The translations under genes and the position numbers were made by a program. Positions 45,602 through 57,161 of a stretch of 64,000 nucleotides of DNA are shown piece by piece; the stretch's first letter is position 1, and the number at the start of each line of letters is the position of its first letter. The notes below the pieces were generated by a model, which was given only the letters and a program-made list of their open reading frames with translations, ran no database searches and was not told where the DNA came from. Origin of the DNA: Marsupella aquatica (Eukaryota; Plantae; Marchantiophyta); contig OZ316894.1 of NCBI GenBank assembly GCA_973895155.1, positions 12,998,828 to 13,062,827 on the forward strand, read 5' to 3'.

Positions 45602-48600
45602 TGTTAGAATATATTTAACCCTTAGTCTATATGATACAAAGAGGTATGCAATACCTAGATATAAAGAGACACAAGACTAGGAGAGGGTAGTTACAACTAC
45701 CCCAATGTACAACATATAATAAGTCACATTGCTTAAGAGAAATTCAATCATCTTTTGTTGGTGTATATATATTTCATAATTTAACACGTTATCAGCACAT
45801 GATTTTGCTCCTCCAACAACTCTCGAGCTACTCATAGGCCTCTTGTGAATTTTTTTCCTATTTCTTGTGAACAAAGCATCGAACGAAATTCCCCAAGACA
45901 CATTTTCTTTTCTTTCGCCAAGTACACCACAAAATTTTCATCGACTATGACAACATTGGAGAAGCTCCAATTCCCATTGCTCGCAATAGATGGCGACAAT
46001 TATTTATCTTGGGCACAGAATACAGAAATTGTTCTCAACATGAAAGGCCTCGGCAACATTATCTTAGCAGATATCAATGGCACATTACAACAAAAGGCTC
46101 AGGCACTATATATCATTCGCCATCACCTCGCTGCCGAACTACAACTTGAATACCTTACAGAGTTTAATCCCCGAGCCCTATGGGACGCTCTCAAATTGAG
46201 GTGTGACCATCTGCGTCTAATTTCCCTACCAGCTGCACGAAATGAATGGATTCATTTACGAGTTCTAAACTACCCTACAATTGCCAAATTCAATAGCGCC
46301 TTATTTCGGATAACTGCTCAGCTAGCAGCCTGCGGCGAACCAATTGATGAAGCAGCAAAGATCGAAAAGACTCTTTCTACATTCTCAACAGCAAACATGC
46401 AGTTATCGCAGATTTATAGACAACGCCATTTCACCCAATTCTCAGATTTGATTGCAGTCATGCTCCTGGCTGAAAAGAATGACCTCCTCCTTTTGAAGAA
46501 CTCTCGCGAGCGACCACCAGGCACGCTTCCTAAACCGGAAATATAATTCACGAATACCAATAGAGGTAATTCCTCTTACAACCGACCTCGTGGCCAATTT
46601 AAAGGCAATCCAAGTCGTTTTAATAAATTCCACAAGAGACAACAATTTCGCACAGACAAAGGCAAAAACTTCAAGCCCCCCATGAATTCTTGGTATCGTA
46701 ACCCCAATCAAATGCCAAATAAACCTGCACAGAGTTATCCCACAAATAATCAGCCCAAGTGTTTCCGTTGCGGTGGGACAGGGCATATCCAAAAGAATTG
46801 CAGAGTTCAAGCTCACCTAGTCAAACTATACCAGGCCTCCCTCACAACATCCAACACCTTAACAGCCGCACATCACTTGGAGATCGATGACGATCTCTCC
46901 AAATACACGCTTACACCTCCCCCATCAGAGGTTCATATAATATCACATGAAGTAAATGACACATCTCTCGCCGGTGCTGATATTTGCATTCTTGACAGCG
47001 GCACTTCTCACTCAATCCTAAAAGACAAATGTTATTTCCAGCACATATACCCATCAAATAGACCTGTGACTACTATCACAGGTATAAACCAATTAGAGGA
47101 AGGCCATGGACCTGCCCAACTTACCCTTCCTCAAGGCACAACCATTAAAATTGCATCTGCCATATATGCCCCACTCGCGACACGGAACTTACTAAGTTTC
47201 CATGATGTCCGTCAAAACAATCTCCATATACGCTCTGCACCCGACAACCACATAAACTCTCTACAGATTTTTTGAGAAACTGATAATGGCCCCATCACAC
47301 TAGAGACATTACCACTCCATCCCCCTGGCGTTTATGCCACTAAGATCATGTCTTACAATTCCCAACGACAACAATTATCCCCAACAGAATTATGGCATAT
47401 CCGCCTCGGCCACCCAGGCCCAGGGATGTACCATAAAATTATGAAGAACACCATTGGCATACCAAAAGGAGTACACCCATCCACAAAGTTAGACACTTGC
47501 ATCCCCTGTGCACAAGGCAAATTTATCACTCATCCAGCTTCCACTAAGAACACCTATCACATCCCTGACTTCCTCTCACAGATCAATGTGGACGTCTGCG
47601 GACCTATTGATCCACCGAGTGGACCATTTAGGTTTTTCCTAGTAATGATATGCTCCTCCACCAAATGGTCCTCTGTTTCTTTAATTTCCACAAGAAACCT
47701 TGTCTTTGCCAGACTGCTAACACAGCTTATACGTCTTCACACTCAATTCCCTGACTCTCCTACCAAAATAATTCGAATTGATAATGCTGGCGAATTTACA
47801 TCACCAGCATTCGATGACTTCTGTCAAGTCCTGGGCATCACAATCCAATACTCAGTACCATATGTACATTTCCAGAATGGTACTGCAGAGGCATTAATAA
47901 AACGTTTACAGATGATCTCAAGACCTATGCTATTACAGACACAACTCCCACTTACAGCCTGGGGACATGCTATACTCCATGGCGTTGCACTACTGCGATA
48001 TAGACCATCGGCTTTTAATATTTACACACCACACCAACTAGCATATGGCTCTATACCAGATATTACACACCTGAAAGTGTTTGGCTGCCTTGTTCTAGTA
48101 CCCATTCTTGGCCCCAAGCACACCAAGATGGGACCACAACGTCGACGTGGCATCTATGTTGGCTACGACTCTCCCTCGATAATAAGGTATCTCGAACCCA
48201 CCACTGCTGATGTGTTTCGAGCTCGATACTAGGACTGTAAATTCTGTGAAGACATCTTCCCAACACTTCTAACTCCAGCACAACTCTCCAAACAGCCTGT
48301 CTCAACACACACATTAGAATGGACAACAAAGGATCCATTCTGGAATGATCCTCGTACTCAATTGACAAACGATGAAGTGAAACGCATTCTGAATCTCCAT
48401 CAAATTATGGAGAAAATACCTGACGCATTTAATGATGCTACAAATGTAACGAAATCACATATAGATGCAGCCAATACTCCTGCGAGAATTCATATACCAG
48501 ATACACGAGCCACAGACCTCGCTCCCAAGGCTAAGCGAGGCAGACCTTCAGGTTCCAAAGACTCTAGACCACGGCAGAAGACACCTGTATCAACACATTT

Positions 48601-51160
48601 ATCCTTACAATTACCACCAATTATACAGGATGACAATGAAGAAATATCCATCCACTATATGCATACTGGACATTTATGGCATCGAAATTTAACTGAACCA
48701 GATGAGCATTTTGCTTTTCTTATATCCCAGGATATAACTAAAGATTTACCAGAACCTCGGACAATTAAAGAAGCACAACAACGACCAGACTGGCCCAAAT
48801 GGAACTCTGCTATTAACTCCGAGCTTGATTCTCTGATATCTTGCCAAGTTTTTGGAGAAGTCCGAATCGTCCCTGCTACACAACACCTAACTGGGTATAG
48901 GATTATATTGATACGCAAACATAATGCCGCAGGTGAAGTAATCCGCTACAAAGCCAGACTTGTGGCTAGAGGCTACACGCAAATATATGGCAAAGATTAC
49001 GACCTTACTCATTCACCGGTCATGGACTCCATTACCTACCGATATCTGATTGCTTTTGCCCTCACACATCAAATTCGTATGCATCTTATGGACGTGGTAA
49101 CTGCTTACCTTTACGGTATACTTGATACTGACATACAAATGCAAGCTCCACCTGAATTAATTTAGAGGGTAATTTTCCACATTAAGGGGGAGCATACAAC
49201 CTCCCCAACCCCGGACCTAAAGTCGGGTATTGATAAGATTGTCCCTACACAGGACTTTAAGGACCATCTCATTCACTCAGGCCAGATGATACCTGCTGAA
49301 ATACATGACTCATCAGCGGTCCAAAATAAAAAGGCCCAGCAAATTGCTAATGGTGAACAGTCAGCGGATTCACCATTGAATTATACTGACTTACTTGCTG
49401 AGGTAAATCCTGTTCACCACAGAATCAATAAAGCCAAGAAACCAGAGAAAGCATTTGCTGTACAGGTTCTTAGGTCACTCTATGGTTTAAAGCAGAGTGG
49501 CCGCATCTGGTATAAACGTTTCCGTGCAGAGATGCTTGCACTTGGTTTCGTGAATGAGGACATTGCCCCTTGCCTTTTTATCAAAAGACATGGCACTGAA
49601 TTTATAATCATAGCCATATATGTCGACGATATTAACCTAATGGGTACTAAACTCATTATGGATCAAACCATTACCACACTTAAGAGCATATTCGAAATGA
49701 AGGATATTGGTCAACCCCTATTTTGTATTGGCATTCAATTCGAACATTTATCCAACGGTATTCTTATTCATCAATCTACATATACCAGAAAACTATTAAA
49801 ACAATTCAACATGGACAAAAGCTATCCAGTCACGACACCTATGGAAATTCGATCTTCAGACACATCCAGAGATATGTATAAGCGCAGGACCGAACACGAA
49901 CCAATCTTGGGCCCAGAGAAACCTTACCTCTCTGCTATAGGAGCCTTGATGTACCTGGCGAATCAAACCCGCCCAGACATCTCTTTCGCTGTCCACTTGC
50001 TTGCTCGCCACAGCTCCCAACCGACTATTAGACATTGGAATGGCATTAAGAGGATACTGCGCTACCTTCAAGGTACAATCGATACTGGCCTCTATTACCC
50101 TAAAGATGTGCCTAACGAATTAATTGGTTACGCAGATGCAGGTTACCTTACGGACCCTGATGATGCGAAATCCCAGACGGGATATGTATTTCTACAAGGA
50201 CATACAGCCATATCCTGGAAAAGTACCAAGCAAACTTTGACGACCACATCCTCCAACCATGCGGAAATCATAGCACTATACGAAGCCAGCCGAGAATGCC
50301 TGTGGCTTCGACAACTTATCAATCACATCCAGTCGTCTACAGGCCATGCAATTCTTACCAAGCCTACTATCATCTACGAGGATAACAAGCCTTGTGTTGA
50401 CCAGATAGTTAAGGGCTTCATCAAGGGCGACCGAATCAAACATATTGCCCCCAAATTTTTCCACATGCATGAACAGCACGGGGACCAAATCAATGTTCAA
50501 TGGATACCTTCTAAAGATAATCGCGCTGACCTTTTTACGAAGCCCTTACCTCGCATTCTCCACGAAGCGCATTCGACTGGAATAGGACTCCGTAGATTAT
50601 CGGACTTCACTGCAATCTGACTTCCCCACCTCTTCCATAAACTTCTTATTCCATTGCGACTCGACAACACTATGTTTCCCCACGATACTTCCTCTGTTCT
50701 ATGCATATTCTACTGAACGTATGTTCTCCATACTCGAACACTTTGACACATCCTATCAAACACTCGTTTAAATTTAGCCATACATGATTACACTCCTTTC
50801 TTACTATTTTTAACTCATTACATGTAAGGTAGTGACACTCTTTTTACCCCAGAAGAAAGCAGGGGGTTTTTAATGAGGTCATACCCCAATGAGTTTTTCC
50901 ATTATATTCAGAACTAGGCTTAAATTTATTTCCAAAATGGCTACTTTAAGAAACATAAAGTAACCAAGGGGGAGTGTTAGAATATATTTAACCCTTAGTC
51001 TATATGATACAAAGAGGTATGCAATACCTAGATATAAAGAGACACAAGACTAGGAGAGGGTAGTTACAACTACCCCAATGTACAACATATAATAAGTCAC
51101 ATTGACTTAAGAGAAATTCAATCATCTTTTGTTGGTGTATATATATTTCATAATTTAACA
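45602..51160 (+). mobile_element. Copia-2: full-length Bianca-like Ty1/copia element, same family as Copia-1
   Basis: LTRs 45602-45786 and 50975-51160 differ by one indel. PBS cgttatcagcac, PPT aagggggag at 50966-50974, TSD ataat. Confidence 0.97.
45947..50620 (+). pseudogene. Copia-2 gag-pol, single frame with four nonsense codons
   Basis: All ORF pieces are in one frame. Stops at 46544, 47273, 48230 and 49163 are sense codons in Copia-1. Confidence 0.95.
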
Positions 51161-52092
51161 ATAATCAGATTATCAAGGATAAACTGACTTGGACCCAAGG
51201 AGAGTTGGCCGACGTGGTCAAGGAAAAGGAGAAGTGGAAGCGGGAGCTGAAGGACGCAGAGGAGGCCCACATAGCAACCAACAATCGGGCCATGGCGGAG
51301 ACATAGAGGAAGGAGAGGGCGCTGAAGGGGGAGCTCAAGGATCTCCGTGGAGCCCTTGAGCAGAAGGAGGCCGAGTTAGGGAGATCCTATTAAGGGATTA
51401 TTGTGCTGCATCAGGAGCTTGCATCCCTGATAGCCAGCTTCAAGGCCGACCTACATGAGAAGGACGACCAGCTCAATCAGACTTATGCCAAGATGAACCA
51501 GATGGAGTCTGAGGTCGTAACAAAGCTCGACAAGGAGCTGAGAGTAACCCAGGAAGAGAGGGCTACCTTAAGGAAGGAATTGGAGGAAGCCCAGATGGAG
51601 CTGGAGGAGGCATGCAAGGACCTGGACGAAACACAGAAGGAGTTGGAGGAAAGCACGAGGAAGATGGAGAACTTACAACGTCGGGCCGACAACCAAACGG
51701 AGCGGTTGAAGAAACAAGTTGCAATATTTAAGTGCTTGGCTTCATCAGTTCAAACTCCAATTGGGGCAACAAAGTTGCTAGGGGTAGTATTGGCCGAGGG
51801 ACAAGCCACGACACTCGCACCGATGCCGGAGGTAAGTGGCAAGGGGAAGGGACCAGCTGCCAAACCAGGGAAGAAGAAGAAGCGGAAACCTTATGGGTCA
51901 AGGAGCAACGCGGCTTCTCAAGCCACCATGACCAAGGAAGAGAACACGGCACCAGCCTCAAGCAGGGTCACGGTAGAGGATTCAATTGTCCTAGAAGGCG
52001 AGGATGGCAAGGCCGAGGCCGGGACAATCATTGATGAAGCCGGGGTACCGGATCCACAACTAGAGCAGGTCGGGGAGGCCGTAGCCGGATCT

Positions 52093-52188
52093 GAGGCCAA
52101 AGCCGAGGGTGAGGCCAAAGCCAAGGGTGAGGCCGAGGCCGAAGCTGAGGGTGAGGCCAAAGCCGAGGGTGAGGCCGAAGCCAAGGGT
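52093..52188 (+). repeat. 18-bp coding minisatellite (EAKAEG)x~5 in the LTR ORF tail
   Basis: gaggccaaagccgagggt reiterated; absent from the younger LTR copies. Confidence 0.8.
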
Positions 52189-53220
52189 GGACCTGGTCAG
52201 GCCGCGAGAGAGTTGACTCGGTCTGGGGTAGATAATCTGTCAGAGGACGGACCTACGGTAGTGGCTGCGGAGGAAGCGTTGGGGGCGTCCATTGAGGATC
52301 AGCCACCGCTACCATGACGGTGGTGGAGGACCGCTCCTTTTAAGGAGGGTAGACGTGGAGGGACGAGGCATGAGTGGGCAAGGCAGGCGCAAATCTTTTA
52401 GTTTAGAAATTAGGATCACGACCAAGAGGCGGCCCTGACACTTAGATTAGTGGGATTGCGGATCCATTGGTAAGAGCAACACTTGTGCTCTTGCCTCACT
52501 CTACATAGGTAGATTACAGTTAGGATAGATTAGGCTTACGCTGCAAGGAATTAGGCGGATCCATTGCCAGGAAGTACCTGGGCAGCGGGGAGTTCACGGC
52601 CTCCTTCTTTAGCAAGTTTTTAGTGCACCAGCAGGGCTGGGATCAAGTAGTAAAAGAAGCTCTCGGTTAGTTATACAGTGATCCTTGTGTATATTCATGT
52701 TTCCGCATGCCTAAGAGCTGAATAAAGTTGGCCTCATGGCTTAGTTTGCAGATCTTGTGTATGAGAAGTACTGTTTGTATGGCAAGTGCATGGTATAACT
52801 CAGTCAAAAGGAGTCATTTTGCTATTTGTGTGTCGCATTAACTTGTTTGAAGATTGCCCACATCAACCAAGAGAGAAGGGAAGTAAGCAAGGTAGTAAGA
52901 GTTGGATGTGTCGAGCTGAGTGAGGTCTTAGCGACTAACCCAAGCCAATTGGGGATCATTCCGGTGACGGAATCCAAACATACCTAAAACAAGACCAAGA
53001 GAGGAAGAGAAGGGAAGGCATAGAATAGGCCGGCTACTTATCTCATGACCCGATGAAGGATCTGTCCAGTATATGTGTGTAAAATGTTAGTAGAAGAGTT
53101 GAGCAGCGTCCCATGCCGCTAAGCCGCGGAACCGGCCTTGCTGAGAGCGAAACCTACGGGAATCGGCTTGTGCAGGGGGATTTCTTAGGTTTAGGGAGCC
53201 ATGGGATGCACCACAAGAAG

Positions 53221-53607
53221 CCATCATGGGTTGGTTGGGTTTAGAGCTGGGGTAAAAATCTCTTTAAGTCGGGTTCATGTGAAAAGGGGGTAATCAGAGG
53301 GGGTATAGTTACGGCATTTGGTGTTGATGCCAGCTTTCTTTATTTGCCAACTGGGTTGAGACCATCTCTTCTAGACAAAAAAATGCCCAAATGGAATTTG
53401 CAAGACCACTCTCTTCCATTGGCTTTTTTTAGCGCAATGGACCCTTTCCTTTTTGACGATGGACTTCTGGCTATTCTTCACACTAGAGAGTACGATCAGA
53501 TTTTGGAAGTAATATCTGCATGCCAACAATCTCAGAAGTTTACATGTATTGCTTCGCATAGAGTGGTGATGGGCTTTCCTATGTACAAACCTAAGTTTGA
53601 TACTCAG
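53221..53607 (+). pseudogene. Continuation of the ParB gene; possible degenerate amino-methyltransferase segment
   Basis: VDASFLYLPTG..PKWN..FF...FLFDDGLLAILH loosely parallels beta-MTase motifs IV-VI. Ends at donor cag|gtaag. Confidence 0.4.
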
Positions 53608-54553
53608 GTAAGAATTATTTGGATTTTTGGCCAGCGCCAGGCTCTAATATTATGTATCACTATGCTAGTTAAAATTGTTTAACCTGGATGTTAAACAAAA
53701 CATCCATATAATTCTTACCTGAGTATCAGACTTGACCATAACCTGGATATCCTTTTCCCCATTTACTGCTGTGCCTTTCCCGATTCACGAGAGACTGATG
53801 CGCGTGGAATTTCAAGTCATGATCAATATCCATCTCCTAGCGTACGTGAGGCCTGATTGAAATTGCAACATGGCGAGCACAAGCAGGCTAGTGGGAACAG
53901 AGGCACAGCACCAGTAATTGGCTGCTGTGCTCCAAAATGTATTGGTAGGGTTGGGACTGGCTAGAAAGTTGAGAGTATTTAGGGTAGTTTGGCAGCAATA
54001 GAGTTTCTTTGTTTGTCTCCTTCTTACATAAGAATGCAGACCATGGAGCCATTGTGCAATTTGCTCATGTGATCCTCATGCACTAATACGATGGATGGTC
54101 TCCCCAAACGGGTAGAATACGCAGTGATAACCCATGCCCACTCTGGTTAACAAACATAACCCTATGGTATAGTTTTGCTCTATTTGGATAGCCCTTGAGA
54201 CTGGATAGCAAAAGGGTCTAAATATCATGACACGAGGTCAAAATTACCCATACAAATAGGGGGTCTCAAATATAGGGCCATCATGTGTGTTCTCGGGAGT
54301 TCATTGTTGCCCGTGACGTGCCCCGCGGGCGAGTATAACGGGGGAAGGAATCTCTGTCACCCCAATTGTTTTACGCCCGTAATGTGAGACTCCCGGGGGG
54401 AGAAAATGGGTACGAGAGGTACATACCAATTTTGAGATGGCCCGGGTGTGCCACGATTGGGAAGGCAGAGTCGTAAAGTATACATCGTGCCAAGAAGTGT
54501 TTTTATCGTGAAGTTTGAATTTTGAGTTTACGTGGGAGGCGACTTAGGGAAAC

Positions 54554-56130
54554 ATGGAGATGTCAGTACCTGCGAGTGAGGATATGAATCTTCAACACCA
54601 TTCCTCTTCTGAAATTGTGCCCAGGTCTGCAGCAGAAGAACGCGCTTTCATACCTCCATGGGTTGTGGTCCCGAGTGTGCCTCTGCAGGATCTCACACCA
54701 CAAGCCAATCATGTGTACCAGCAGTCAGGATCTACACGACAAGGCATGGCAGGAAGTCATGGCAGTAGGCGATCTGTAGGAGGGACTGCAACTGTTGGCA
54801 CAAAGTTAACCAGGAACGATTATGCCGTGATTATCGAGTATCTAGAAGTTCAAGATAACTACAATGCGATCTTTGGGGCAGGTCGGAAAACCAGACCGGG
54901 TAATCGTTATCAATCCAAGAAATCGGTATTTGCCTCAATGGCTGCAGTGTTAGCACATTACGGTTTTCCGAAGATGGATGGTGCAAATCTTGCGAAAAGA
55001 TTTGGGAGGTATCAAGATATGTATAAGAAGGCTTTGTTGTTGAAGAACTCTTCTGGTGGGGGCTTGACAGAGGAGGAGGTACAGTCTGGTCTTATGATCG
55101 AACAAAAGCTAGACAAAATGTGTCCTCTGTTTGACAGGATGCATGCTATTTGTGGAGAGCGGGCCAACATTCAGCCACCAGGATTGGTGGACCATGGATT
55201 TGGAGGATGTGGGATCACTGAGTCCCCAGAGGAGGCCGATGACCCAGCTGATGAGAGTGATAACGAAGTGGCAGACGTTGGAGAAGTACCAAATTTGCCA
55301 ACGTGGTTGATGGCAGGTAAATAAAATTTAGTTGCCTTGTATTTGTAATTGCTTCCATATTCAAGAGCACATGCTTGTCTATCAGATCTCATAGGCTTGG
55401 CCATTTTCCACGTTTGACTTGCAGATTTGCCACCAGATATAGACAATGACTTTGTTCATCACGGTGGAAATGAACAACCTCGTACTCCAGTTGAACCACA
55501 AGTTTTAGAGCCATCCAGGGGAGGGACTGAAGATGTCAGGACAACCAATGTCGACCAGCAGACTCCCATTCAAACCCCCCCAAACAATGATGGTGGAAGT
55601 AGACCTACTCCTTCTGTCCCACATCCAATTCCATCTGTACCTGCACCTCAGGGACAACCTCAAACTCAGCCGACACCACGGGGAATGATAAGGCAACTAT
55701 GAATAGAAGTAGAGCCAATCTCGAAGGTTCTGCCACTTCAAAGGGAAGCTTGGCAGCGATGTATGTAGAGCAAAAAAAGGACAAGGCACTGTTCAGAAAG
55801 GAGCTCATTGGCAACAAATCCCAATGGAAGAAAGATGACATTGAGGATAGACGCCAGGCCCGGTCTCAAGCTTCAAAGAAGGACAAGTTAGATAGAGCCC
55901 ATAAGATGAAGCTTGAGCAATTTAGTGCATCAGAATCTCAGAAACGTCAGCGAATGGAGCACCAGAACCAGGTGTACATGACACAGTTGACAATGCGTAG
56001 CCAACTTATGTCTGACTTGTTTAAGAGCAACAAATCAGAGGCCGAGATTGGAAGATTGATGCAGATGGTTGACTGTGCCTTTCCTAGTAGTGCTTCAGTG
56101 CCGCCTATGGATGAAGATGACGAGGACTGA
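54554..56130 (+). pseudogene. Myb/SANT-like (trihelix) DNA-binding protein of the transposon accessory type
   Basis: IIEYLE..NYNAIFG..FASMA..RFGRYQDMYKKA..GGGLTEEE..CPLFDRMHAICGERAN. In-frame intron at 55317-55424 and one frameshift near 55685. Confidence 0.65.
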
Positions 56131-57161
56131 ATGTGAATAGGAGTTTTCACAATTTTGAACGTGACGTTATTTGTATAGGAATTGTACTAGGAACTTTGCT
56201 CACAATTCAGACAACTCTTACCATTTTCAATCAAAGTGATTTCATTTCCACATTAACTTTCGACTCTGTACTGGTCTGTCAACGTGACTGTCACGAGCAG
56301 TGTGGACATCATTTTTTGTAACATGTGATGCGTCATAGAATTGAGTCTTGTCATACACATGATGTACTCGTCAATGAAATTGTAATGAAAACTTAAGTTT
56401 TATTGAGGAATGCAACATATGAGTTCAGCAAATGCTCAGGCCTCCCAAAGGGATCCGCCTGGCTGCCTGTTAAATTCTAGGGCTCGAGCCATGATTGCCC
56501 TTTGCAATCTCGAACCAGTAGCTCTGGCTCTCCTATTTCTGGCCATGTCAGAATGTATGCTTCCACTAACATGTCTATCATCTTCCTCTGGAGGGCCAGG
56601 AACAAGAAGCCTTAAATGATGAGTAACAAGCCCATACTTTAGGAACTCTAGCCAAAAAATCAGAAAAACAACGAAAAAGTAAAAAAAAAGTGCAAAAATT
56701 AGCACCTATTTTAGAGCAAAAATATGGAGCGAACAAAATATGACATAAACTAGCTATGTTTTGACACCTAAAAATGACCAAATTCATCTGAAGTTACATT
56801 CCACCAATAAATGATCTCAAATACAACACTATTATCTACAATGGTCTCACAATTACACGAGGTGTCTTTTGAAACAACAACTAAATCACCTCCAAAAGCC
56901 ATTGTCATTTAAAAACCAGAAAATAAATTACTACAACTTAACCTGATACACATTATTGTGAAAAGAAGACAAGGAGAATAGAAATGACACCATCTAATTG
57001 AATTGAAACACAACCCACTAAGATAATATTAAACTACAAATTTCTCAAGAAACTTTAACCATGAATTCATGAATAAGTGGTAAAGGCATTTTGAAAATTT
57101 GTAAATTTTCAAGTTATCCATGTTTTTCAATGGTAATGTCACAAACAATAACTACTTTTCA

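Larger units (their letters stand above)
40661..53215 (+). mobile_element. Solo giant coding LTR of the Gypsy family (older subfamily) with two nested insertions
   Basis: tgtgatgcctag...gcaccaca with TSD agaag (40656-40660 and 53216-53220). ORF remnants at 40850-41676, 43894-45601 and 51161-52317 are colinear with the 1210-aa ORF. No gag or pol. Confidence 0.95.

Noticed and set aside
31150-54550. Terminal inverted repeats for the two DNA-transposon modules
   Set aside because: None could be identified by eye, so element boundaries remain undefined.
56436-56705. ORF as an extra transposase exon
   Set aside because: No convincing splice path or motif.
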